Below are positions 52,788-64,000 of a DNA stretch of 64,000 nt, in pieces. The notes under the pieces were generated by a model. That model ran no database searches and was not told the origin of the DNA. It worked only from the letters and a program-made list of their open reading frames with translations. The translations under genes and the position numbers were made by a program. This DNA is from Lytechinus pictus (lineage: Eukaryota). The stretch lies in NCBI RefSeq assembly GCF_037042905.1, contig NC_087250.1, positions 9,054,001 to 9,118,000 on the forward strand, written 5' to 3'. Each line of letters opens with the position of its first letter. Position 1 is the first letter of the stretch.

Positions 52788-53291
52788 GTAAGTGTGTCCA
52801 ATTCAACACCTATCAGTGCCTATGGGTGTAATTACTGCAACTTTTTTCATAACATTTAGTTGTATGATCACATACTAGTGTTTAATATTAATACTTGTAG
52901 GGTCACCATCTGGGGAAGCTTTTACTGTTTACACATTTCTAATTTATCTACCCCTCTCCCTTCCCCTTCTCTCCCTGTGTATGCGTGGGTGTGTGTAAAT
53001 GTTTGTGTGTATCTTTCTCTTTTTATCTGTCTCCCACCTCCACCTCATAAGATGTCTATGGTACTATGGTTTTTCGAATTTGTTTAGTTCTGTAGAGATG
53101 CCCGAGGAATTCACCCTCTCGCTATCACGCCAGTACCCCGGAACACACATACATACACACCCGCATACAATCTAACAGTCTTCTGGATGTGCAGCACGGA
53201 CCCCCGCCCTCCATACCATGTGGTAAAAAAAATGTGTCGATGGGAAGATTGAAACTACACTATTCTAGTGAGTACTTCAGGAAATAATATA

Positions 53292-54258
53292 CGGTGCGTA
53301 TCGAAAAAGATTACACTTTGAAAAAGCCCTGCGTAGAATTAAAAATATACATCGCGTGGGTAATTTTTTCACATATATAATCTTGAGTTTGGGTCTCATC
53401 TATCCAATGAAAGTAAAAGTTTTGACAGAATATTACACTTGAGTGAGCACTGTCCATTTTTCTAAAGCTCGTAGAAATCTGTTTGCGCAGAAATGCTCGT
53501 TTTCACGCTGTGTCAAGGGAAAAGGGCGAAATCAAACTTACCCTGCGAAACATTTCTCATACATTTCCCTTGCACTTTTAGTCAATTGAAATAAAACGGA
53601 TACATTCAAGCATTTTTTAACAATTTTGCCACACAAATTGAAATTTCAACACTTAGTAAGCACAACCTTTACCCTTTTTGCGCCAGCTGGATCTGAGGAC
53701 ATAACTGAATCTGAACAAAGTTTATATCAGACATCTCTAGCATTTTTCACTAAGTTTTTATCATTTAAAGTGGGTTTACATTTAATTTTTCCTTTGATAC
53801 TTGTTTCTCCGCTCTTTTCCCAAGCTTGACAATGATTAACAAAATGAAAATCAAGCCTTAGCCATTTCATGTTAATCACAGCTCATTGTAAAGCGAATAT
53901 CGTCACAATGGGCTCGGTGTGTGGGAGAGTGGGGTGGGGCGCAATGCACTCTTCGTTCGTGTTTTGGGCAAGGAAACAAGTTAAAAAAGTAAGATATCTT
54001 CAAATCAATTTTACTAGCTACATTCCACGTGCTCTTCATGAATAAGGTCTACTTTCATTTGCATAACTATTATAAGGTTTTGCGCAAATCATTTTTCACT
54101 AACTTTTTAAAAGTAAGTAGTGCTCACTGACGCGGAAATATTTTTCGACAGTTGTATCACTATTTGTTTAAATGGATCTGTACCAATGTTACAATGTGGA
54201 AAAATCTTCAGGATATCAGGATTTTTTCTAAAGTGTAAACTTTTTTTGATACGCACTG
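53292..54258. mobile_element. Tc1/mariner-like non-autonomous element, copy 2
   Basis: Collinear with 36545..37550; TA TSD. Confidence 0.88.
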
Positions 54259-57021
54259 TATATTTAAGCGTACTACTAAAAAAAGTTTATGTGTGTTACA
54301 AACGTCATAGGGAGAAGAATCATAGGTAACTAGTCAGTGGTAAAAATATTTTGATTAAAATACGAGAAAAAAGTCTAAGTCAGTTCAACATCTGAAAATG
54401 ACCGGAGTCAATATCATCCTTAACTTACACATTCACTCTAAAAAAGGCTTATCCAATATTGGTTAAAATGGGAACATGCTTGTTGGTTGGGTACAAAGAT
54501 ACCCAATGTTTTGTAAATTTTACGCAATGTTGCGTTGAAATGTCCCAATATCAAAAGTAGATAAAAGTCGGTGTAATAAATGTCTTATCCAATATTGGGT
54601 AAGAGTTTACTCAGTGTTTTAGAGTGTTATTACATCTAATTTTTATCTCCTCTGACATTTATTACACCGACTTTTACCTACTTTTGATTTTTTCTTTACA
54701 CATTCACCTTGACAACTAAATATCGACGTCTTTCTCTAACATTACCTGGCCATTCTGAGTTGATCGAAATATATATATAAACTCATTTAAGTAAATTACG
54801 TACAAGAACATTTTGTAAGAAAATGCTAGTTTGAACAACGTTATTTCTTCGTTTGCCACAAAGCAAGCTTTATTATTTAATATAAAACTACAATACTTTA
54901 TCGGGTGTAAAACTTAGTTTACCATATGCATGCATTTATTAATAATATTATCGAATCATATTGATCTAACGGCCTGGTTGTCTCAAAACCAGTTAATGGG
55001 AAATATTATACTAAATCAAAACATAAAAACAAATATTTAATTAATTAGCACTGTATTACATTAAAAATTTGTGTGAATTTGTACACATGAATCAGCAAAA
55101 CCAACAAAAATGCAGGAAGAAGAAGAGAGATGGGAAAGCGTGGTCATTAATGCGATAGAATTGATAGAAGGGGTGAGAGAGGGGGCGAAAGAAGGGGAGG
55201 GGTAACTATTTCATTATTCTGTGCATAACATGCTGGAAGACATGAATATTACATTTTGTAAAGACATATATAAGAAACTTAAAAAATATCACTTAACTAA
55301 TAACATTCAAGATGTAACAACATGGAAACGAAATATATACAGATTTACAGGCATACAAAATATCGTGGAATGATTACATAGATATATCATCTAATCTAGC
55401 ACACGTGTTTTAGTACTATCAATAAAAACTAAGGCACTTTCTGTTAAAGCTATTACTAAAAATATAACTCATTAACGTTGTCGGGTGGGGGAAAGTTACT
55501 TATCTTATACAGACGGCCGCCTTGGAAAAGATCTGGGCCCCTTGCGTAAAAGTTACCATTATGGTAACTTTGCCATCCGATGTTAACTACCATGGTAACG
55601 CTGTTCACTAACCGATTAAAATCAATGAACCATACAAGTTACCATTGGAAGGCAAGGTTACTATAATGGTAACATTTATGCAACGGGACCTAGGTACAAC
55701 AAGCTTCTGTACTGGCGACCCCTATGAGTAAAGAAATAATGCAAACCATTTCCATAACTTCTTTATTTCTGTGTATCTAAGAGTAAAAGTAAGACGAAAA
55801 AGAGATTTCCGCCTCCGGTACTTTGCTTGTTTGATTAATGTTCGTCAGATCATAAACAGATCGGAATACCCCTATGGACATGTTGGACCAACAGGCTTTG
55901 TACGAAAATAGGAAAAGTTACCCAAGACCTGTATGCCCTAATCTTATTGGCTTACGTGTTTGGAATAACCTATTCCGCATCAAGTATTTACCGTCTTTTG
56001 CATTTGCGTGACACTACATATAACAGTTCAGCAAATGCTGTCTACCGTAGATTTTAAACTTCGTCCAAAATTCTACCGCCAAACGTGGACCTGTGTAAGT
56101 GAAATTCCACTGCTAAATGTGGACACCTCCAGGGTGTGGAATGTCACTCGCGGACTTACCCCTGCACCATTGTTTTTCCTCTCTTTTGCCACGCGCATGC
56201 TATTCCACTACTTATTTTACCGTGGACAGTCCACGATTCGAGGGTGCACTCGACTCTAATATGGTGCGTCAGATAGAAGGTCCACGTTTGTGCCAAAATA
56301 CAAACGCAATTATCTAAGGGGGCGGTTTATCAAACATTACAATAGGGAAAAACACAGATCAAGTTATAAACTGTATAGTTTTCTGGTGTCACACTATTCA
56401 TAAATGTTATTTGACATACTAATTATGTTACAGAGGCTTGCAACTGATATAACATTATACAAACGCTAAGTACAAAGAGGGCAAGACAAAAGCTGCCGGA
56501 TGACTTTCTTACAAAGTTAATATCATTATGTAAGAACTAAAATGGAAGAAGAAGGAAGGAATTTTCTGGTCCCTGGTGGATGATTGGCCGTTATGTTTTA
56601 ATCAGAAAGAGAGAGAGAGAAAACAAGAGAGATGGGGAGATAGAGAAGGAAAGGGAGAGAGGGAGAAGGGAAATAGAAATAAAGTGAGATAGAAAGGTAT
56701 ATGTAAAGAGAGAGAGAAAAAAATACGAAAATAAAGACAGAAAGAAAGAAAATGAACGGAATAAAAGAGTGACAGAAAAAAAGAAAGAAGACATTGTAGA
56801 TAAAGACAACCGAGTAAGAGTAACATAAAAGGGATAAGGAGTTAAATAGATATAAAAAGGAAGGGGAAAAAGAAAAAAATATTGAAAGGTCTTGAAAATC
56901 GTCATCCATTCTCTCATCTCATAACAGACAAGATAGACCACAGATGTTCGTTGCCCCATTCGCCAGCCATCTCATGACGCAACGCAGCTCTGAGGTCATA
57001 GGTCATCCGTATTAAAGGTCT

Positions 57022-57129
57022 TTATGATGGGATGCGTCCGCTCTTGATGCCCTGTACCTCGCGTGCAAGCTGACATCCGGCGCACCAGCCACAGAAGATG
57101 GATGTGCAACAGTCGTTCAGGAGGGAGCC
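57022..57129 (-). CDS. Paralog C last coding exon
   Basis: atacag|GGC TCC...TCA TAA, 108 nt. Confidence 0.93.
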   Translation of the reverse strand, partial: GSLLNDCCTSIFCGWCAGCQLAREVQGIKSGRIPS

Positions 57130-60100
57130 CTGTATAAAATAAAAGGAAATGAACAGAATATGATCCCTCCATTTAGACAAGTCGTCTGGAAATGCATTAC
57201 ACTATATGTAGCGTCATGGTATAGCGGTTCTGGCTCTCGCTTGAAATCAGAGGCTCGTGTGTTCGAATCCTACCACAGCCTGGCTTCCTTTGACAAGGCG
57301 TAAATCCACACTCTGCCACTCTCCACCTAGGTGTTAAATGGATACCTGGTATGATGAAAAATCCTATGCCTAGCAATTGAGTCTGGAACTCTTGTTAGAA
57401 TGCTTCACAGGGAGGGGAGTATGTGCATACTTTGTGTGCGGGCATACAGGAGTCCAAAGACCAGGGTAATAATATATAAGTAACGCGCTTGGAGACGTCG
57501 TTCCGATGTATCAAGCGCTATACAAAAGTAGATTATTATTATTATATCGTTACCCATGTTTTGGCTACCCGCTTGCCTGGACACAAATCATGCACTTTCT
57601 CCACTCCGGGCGGGGGGGGGGGAGGAGCAATCCAACATGAGTTTTCACACTCACTTACATGTACTAGGCATACTACACAGGCTCGCACATTCTATGGAGT
57701 ACCCATTTAACACTTGGGTGGAGAGTCATGAGACTGCTTAACCCTAAAAGGACGGGGGGGGGGGGGGGGGTGATGGCCCCCTCGACGCTTCGCGTGTTAT
57801 TTCCGAAACGCAAAGAGATATAGCGCCGCATTTTTTTCTTTTTAATTCTCACGCAACTTTTGAGACCAAATTCGCGACATACGGGTTAAGCATCGCGACG
57901 CCACTTGACTTTTTACGAGACAATGTCAAGCCGATAATGGATCATTTTTATACTTTGTGTACAAAGTCTAAGATGACATCTGGAAAAAAAATGAAGTGAA
58001 ATTGGGTGTTTAATTTGCAAATAAATAATGTTTCTCACAAATAAATTTGAACATATTATTCATAATAATACAAAACATAATTATTTTCAGACTTTTTTAT
58101 ACTGGCTTGTAATTCATGTGGTAACAAATGTGTGTACCAAACCTCGGCGCGAACGGCGGCCGAGATCAGAAGGGAAGGTGTGGGGCATCATGCCCCCCAG
58201 TCTTCAATACATTTCGAAATCCCAGTCCTTTTAGGGTTAAGGACGCTATGCCATTGATTCGAACACACAACCCTAGGATAAGAAGAACTCAGAACTGATA
58301 GATTTCGAGGGCCCCGTCTTACAAAGAGTTACGATTGATCCGATCAATAACAACTATGGACGGCCAGCAATGTCAACATGTATTATGCATGTTTGTTCAA
58401 AATATTTCCTAGCTATGATGTATATTCATGCATTAATTGTTTTCTTTAAAAATTCACTGTGTTTCTTTATGTTTACAAAGGACATTGTGCAAATTTCCGG
58501 AGGAAAAATGTATGACACTGAAGGATTTCCAAAGAGTTACGATTGATTGGATCAATCGTAACTCTTTGTAAGACGGGACCCAGATGTCTTCTTCCACATT
58601 CTCCACCGCAACTTTTGCTCCGGTATTTACCAAAATAATCTAAATATCGATGCTCCATTTTCGTTTAAATCAAACAAATGGGGAATATACTGGTGAACTG
58701 AAATTTGGCAAGATTTACCTGCACATTGTGACGTCCACGGTGAAGCGCCCTCATCGATATTAGAGGGCCAGGCAGGCACAGTGGGACGCAGCAACTCTCT
58801 CCCATATCAGAAGCAATGCAACATTGATGGCACGGGTGGAAGAAAAATCCAATAAGACCTAGAAAAAGGGCAACAAGAAAATAATAGAAATCGACGGTTG
58901 GTTGGGAAAAAATATTTTTAAAATAGATAGTTAAAGGGGGAGTAAACTGTGTGTGGTCTCACATTGACTGTGTGTTATAAATACATGTTAATGTTAAAAA
59001 AAAAAATATTACAGAATACCAAAATTTGTAGGGTGCTAATGATGATTTACTTTAAAACTAAAATGGGGAAAAATCAATCAATAATACTACAAAAATGATC
59101 AGTCTCGTCACAGCTGCGTGACTTGAACATTTAAATATATAAAGAAAAAGTCCAACCCAACAAAAAGTTGATTTGAATAAAAGAGAAAAATCCAACAACC
59201 AAAATACTAAAAATTCCATCAGAACCGGATGTAAAATAGGAAAGTTATGGCATTTTAAAATTTCGCTTCTTTTCACAAAACAGTTATATGTCAATCCAGG
59301 TCCGTATGCAAATGAGGAACATGATGACGTAACTCACTCACTACTTCTTTTGTAAAAAATATTACATGAAAAATTCGAATTTTCTCTTCATACTCCTCAA
59401 TAAGAAAGTTGTATTCGTCTTTGAACACGTGGATTTACTATTTTGCTAACATTTTATTATTCAGTCAAGTTGGTCATTATTGTTAATTCTGTAAAAATAT
59501 TGTACGATTCGAACTATAAAGAAACAAACGAAATAGTGAGTGAAGGACATCATCGACTTTGTCATTGGCATGTCACTGAATTGTGCATAGATCTGTTTTG
59601 CAAAAATAAGCTTAACTCTAAAATGTCATAACCTCCTTATTTTACGTCCGATTTTTGACGATTTTTTTTTCTGGGGTGGACTTGACCTTTAACAAATACA
59701 AGTTCAAAGCAGAACACAGGTGATGCCATAACAAATAAATAAATTAAATAAAAGGAAATTCATCATATTTGAATTAGTAAAAGGAGTACAAGGGGGGGGG
59801 GGCTACTTCTCTAGCAACCGTTCCCTTCTGGACGTAGACTGAACTAGAGAGAGTATGGATACCTACATGATGGGATGTCGTCGAAGCACTCGAGAAGACC
59901 AGAGCTCCAATCGCGTGGAACGCCTCGTGGCATCAGAGGGTTCGTAGTCATCTGAAACGAAAATGAAACCCAAAATACAACGCAAAGTCGAGACTCGATA
60001 TTTGTATAAAATAATTATACACAACAAGACATCTAGTGTTACAATATGAATTGATGGTATAAATAGATTAACAGGGCCCCGGGTGCCACTTTCCTTGGTG

Positions 60101-60544
60101 AGTGGATACCAGGGCACCGTCTTACAAAAAGTTATGATTGATCCAATCAATCGTAACTCTATGGAAATTCATCAGTGTTATAATTTTTTTCTACATTTTT
60201 TTTCTCAAAATGTCCTTTGTAAACAAAGGCGAACGCACCAAATTGTCAAGAAAACAACGAATGTATGTAATTTACGTCATATCTAGAAAACATTTTGAAC
60301 ATTCATGCATTTAAGATGTTGACGTTGCTGGCCGTCCATAGTTGTGATTGATCGGATTAATCACAACTGTTTGTAAGACGGGCCCCTGGCGTGACCAAAG
60401 AAACGCGTAACAAGGATCTCTTTTTCGAGAGTAATAAGTATCGGAATATCTTGACTCTGGACAATGACATCATTAATTAACACTCACCTGGAATTCTGTG
60501 GTAGTTGTGGCGATCCCTGGCTGCTGTGTGATTGGTGGGTTCAT
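57022..60544 (-). CDS. PLAC8/cornifelin-family protein, paralog C (129 aa), join(60544..60488,59951..59867,58858..58719,57129..57022)
   Basis: Spliced translation MNPPITQQPGIATTTTEFQ|MTTNPLMPRGVPRDWSSGLLECFDDIPS|CLIGFFFHPCHQCCIASDMGESCCVPLCLPGPLISMRALHRGRHNVQ|GSLLNDCCTSIFCGWCAGCQLAREVQGIKSGRIPS*. All introns GT-AG. The acceptor cgccag lies 2 nt before the ATG, so a further upstream exon must exist. Confidence 0.93.
57208..57545 (+). mobile_element. tRNA-headed SINE (family 2)
   Basis: TGGTATAGCGG and GTTCGAATCC boxes; (TTA)n tail; 3' half also present at about 44900..45065. Confidence 0.78.
57742..58236. mobile_element. piggyBac-like MITE
   Basis: TTAA|CCCTAAAAGGAC...GTCCTTTTAGGG|TTAA. Confidence 0.85.
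58309..58580. mobile_element. Harbinger-like MITE, copy 2 of 10916..11182
   Basis: TIR and collinear body. Confidence 0.8.
58719..58858 (-). CDS. Paralog C coding exon 3
   Basis: ttctag|GT CTT...GTG CAG|gtaaat, 140 nt. Confidence 0.93.
59142..59688. mobile_element. Kolobok-like MITE family 1, diverged copy
   Basis: Homologous to 15240..15841. Confidence 0.78.
59867..59951 (-). CDS. Paralog C coding exon 2
   Basis: tttcag|ATG ACT...TCA T|gtaggt, 85 nt. Confidence 0.92.
60112..60386. mobile_element. Harbinger-like MITE, copy 3 (inverted)
   Basis: Reverse complement of 58309..58580. Confidence 0.8.
60488..60544 (-). CDS. Paralog C coding exon 1
   Basis: ccag|CC ATG AAC...TTC CAG|gtgagt, 57 coding nt. 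Confidence 0.85.
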
Positions 60545-60620
60545 GGCTGGCGAGATAAACATAACAGAGGTAAGAAAGATTAATATCAACTATCGATTAC
60601 AGGTGAAAATAAATAGTAAT

Positions 60621-60942
60621 GGTAAATTGCCAACTCGTCCACTCGCCACATTGTCTACACTCATTTAGTCGAATGCCATTCCGTCCATCAACATTTCGTC
60701 TAACAACCAATTGGTCTAATACCCATTTTCTTTTAGTTCATTTCGCCCAATTCACACTTATCCGATTAGACCAATGGTTTATAGACTAAATGGATATTGG
60801 ACCAACTGGTTATTAGACGAAATGGTGAGTGGACGAATGGACAATTAGACCATGTGGATAGTGGACGAACCGATGGTAGACCACATGATAGTAGACGAGT
60901 TGGCAATTGGACGAATTGGCATTAGACGAATCGAAATATACC
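60621..60942. mobile_element. Merlin- or MULE-like MITE
   Basis: GG...CC termini, 8-bp TSD ATAGTAAT. Confidence 0.8.
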
Positions 60943-61065
60943 ATAGTAATACACGCCCTTTACGTCATGTATGTATTAACTTCTCTGTCACTCTCTTCCA
61001 GACAGGAAAAACACATGTATCACCAACATAATTGTAACTGAATCAACTCCACTTCAATTTCTTAA

Positions 61066-61627
61066 AGGACAAGTCAATCCCAGCAAAAAGTTAAATTGAA
61101 AATGACATGAAAATCGAATGTAAAATAAGGAAGTTATCAGTGACATTTTAAAGTTTCGATTAGTTTCACACAACAGTTACATCCTAGTCAGTATGCAGAT
61201 GAGGGGACTGATGACATCACTCACTCACTATTCTCTTATATTTCATTATATGAAATATGAAATATTTAAATTATCTCCTCATTGTCATGTGAAACAAAAT
61301 TTTATTCTTCCCGAACATGTGGAAAGTTTGACCATTACATTTTGAGTTTCAGTCAAGAGTCTGCCAAATCTGTAAAAATTGAAATATTGTATAATTCAAA
61401 TAATACAAAAAAAAATCTAAAGAAATGGTGAGTGAGGGGCATCATCTACTCTCTCATTTGCATATCACTGAGTTGTGCATACAACTGTTTTGTGAAAAAC
61501 AAGTGAAACTTTAAAATGCCGTTACATTCTTATTTTACATCCGATTTCGATGAAATTTTCAGCATTATGCTTGTTTGATTTTCCTCTATTGATTCAAATC
61601 ATGATATTTTGGGGGTGGACTTGACCT
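61066..61627. mobile_element. Kolobok-like MITE family 1 copy
   Basis: Homologous to 15240..15841. Confidence 0.82.
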
Positions 61628-62679
61628 TTACATGATTTCAATCTCCGTATCGATGAAGAGGGCTGGTGTAATGACACAACCCTGCGCGACTACACTTTAA
61701 AAAAAGTTTACCCAATATTGGGTAAAATGTGAACATATATGTTTGCTGGGTAAAATGATACCAAATATTTAGCAAACTTGACGCAATGTTGCGTTGAAAT
61801 TTACCCTCTAAACTTGCATTTTGCCCAATATTGGGGGTAAATTACACAGCAAACACGCTTGTTCCCTTTCTACCACATATTGGGTTAATTTGTTACTATT
61901 CTTTTTTTAGAGTAATATGTTAGCCCGATGTTAATTCAATTTCAGGTACATCTACAAACGTCGGAATAATTTTCTACTAGGTACTTATAAAAAACCACAT
62001 GGCAAACAAAACCTGAATCGGAACGAATTTAATTCACATAAAAAATACATCAAAATCAATATACTGAAAACTCTACCATCAATGATTTATGACGGTGATT
62101 GACACATTCTAACTTCAATTGATCCATTCTGGGCTTGAGTAAAATATTACCCGGTCATGACATAGGCCCTAAATGCATGGTGTAAATTTACATCCATTTC
62201 AAATTGAGTTTCAATGTGTATTAGGCGTGGCGATTTTATGTGATGCAATGGGGGGAGGCACAAAACGTCACAGCCAAAAATTGTTTGGTGATGTCAAAGG
62301 GAGGTTTTCGATAATAGGCGTGGGAGCAAAGCAAGGGAGCTGACAAAAAAAAATCAAGAAAAAGGTGATGAAAAAACTCTTCATATTACTATCAAAATAT
62401 ATACATATACCATGTAGTAGGTCAATGGAAAAGAGACGAATCTGGTATATCTATGCATGTTTATAGAGAATTAGTCGGAAAAGGATGATTCCACTCCCCC
62501 CCCCCCCCCCCCCGTTCCCGCGCCCCTGGAAAATTAATCTCAACATTTGTATTCGCCTTTTGTATATTGATGGTTCGCAGCTGGCGAATATTATCAGGAT
62601 AATGATAATAATGATATACCGGCCTGGGTCTATACATTTTACGAGGCTCACATGCGTTGCCTATTGAATGGAACAAAGG

Positions 62680-62765
62680 ATGATGATGATGATAACAATA
62701 ATAATAATAACAATAATGATGAGGATAATAATTAGAATAATAAGAGTAGTAGTAGTAGTAGTAGT

Positions 62766-62835
<70 letters not shown>

Positions 62836-62895
62836 ATAGTAATAGTGTTGTTAATAATAATGATAATAATAATAATAATAATAATGATATTAACA
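62680..62895. repeat. Compound trinucleotide microsatellite
   Basis: Seen directly. Confidence 0.95.
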
Positions 62896-62931
62896 ATAAA
62901 TGAATAATGCAAAGAAAAATTCAAATTTATA

Positions 62932-63638
62932 AGCCCCTATTCTGAAGTCAGGTTTAACACATCCTGGTCTGGATGCAAATGAGGAGAATGATGACGTCAT
63001 CCACTCACTATTTATTTTGTATTTTATTATATGAAATATGAAATATTCTAATTTTCTCCTCATTGCCAAGTGAATTAAACAACGATTAATTCCTCCCTGA
63101 ACATGTGGAATTAGCATTGTTTAATACTATATGGTTTAGTCAAGTTGGTCCTTATTGTCAAATTTGTAAAAAATGAAATATTGTATAATTCAAACAATAA
63201 AAAAACAAAAGAAATAGTGAGTGAGGGACATCATCGACTATCTCATTTGCATTTCACTCAGTTGTGTATATCATTGTTTTTTGAAAAATAATCGGAACTT
63301 GTAAAATGTCATAACTTTCTTATTTTACATCCGATTTTGATGAAATTTTCATTGTTGTGCTAGTTAGATTTTTCTCTATTTATTCAAATCAACATTTTTC
63401 TGGGATGGACTTGACCTTTAAGTTGTATGTTTCTTATGTTGACTGTGCTTGATTCATTGGTGGTGAAGACGATCATTTATTTATACTTCCTACACATTAT
63501 TATGAATGATTTGAGAGCCCAATAGGCTGAAATATTATATCTATACTGTTAGTGATTTATGTAACAATTGGCTGTCCGTACTTAAATCACAACTTTAAAC
63601 CCAATTTTAAGTTAAACCCGACTTCAGAATACGGGCCA
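62932..63638. mobile_element. Composite: Harbinger-like MITE containing a one-ended Kolobok-like MITE
   Basis: Both ...TATTCTGAAGTC TIRs present; 62958..63417 is Kolobok family 1 ending at TTAA 63418. Confidence 0.82.
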
Positions 63639-63851
63639 CAGAGTCTGAGTAGACAGACTACTGTTAGTGTTAGAGGTCACGTCGTTTCGGAGGAAAGGGT
63701 CGTAGAAGCCAAGTATGTCAAGGCGTCGACCAATCATACTACAGATCGATGCATTGGCCAGTGGGCTGGAATGTTTGGGAATCAGCATGGAGATCGCCAT
63801 GTTATACTAGTAAGCATGCAGGTTGACAAGTGAGATGAAAATCGCGCGCGC

Positions 63852-63884
<33 letters not shown>

Positions 63885-64000
63885 GGGGGGGGTGGTTAAC
63901 TGACAGGCCAAATCAGATTGCGAACACATTGCCAAACAGAAAAACAGTTTTCGTGAGAGCAATTGTGGCGTAACAGAATGAAAACCAGGATCATGATCCA

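Overview
AT-rich, intron-containing eukaryotic DNA. The repeat content suggests an echinoderm, probably a sea urchin; this is inference from repeat style, not a database match. The only host genes I can support are a head-to-tail cluster of three minus-strand PLAC8/cornifelin-family (cysteine-rich) paralogs, here called A (3489-13066), B (28845-33400, start unresolved) and C (57022-60544). All share four coding exons, intron phases 0/1/0 and a 108-nt last coding exon. The ORF track misses them because the exons are short. The rest is transposon debris: decayed CR1/L2-type LINE pieces, tRNA-headed SINEs, many MITE families (TTAA Kolobok/piggyBac-type, TA Tc1/mariner-type, 2-bp-TSD CACTA-type, Harbinger-type, hAT-type, Merlin/MULE-type), a Harbinger deletion derivative that keeps its transposase N-terminus, and microsatellites. 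Most notable: (1) a TTAA MITE that appears to have carried about 60 bp of a different MITE into a LINE; (2) a minimal hammerhead-ribozyme motif in a Penelope-like fragment; (3) dead copies of the genes' own exon and splice-donor sequences amplified in neighbouring introns; (4) an ATG-TGA start-stop and loss of conserved cysteines in paralog B. All coordinates were read by eye.
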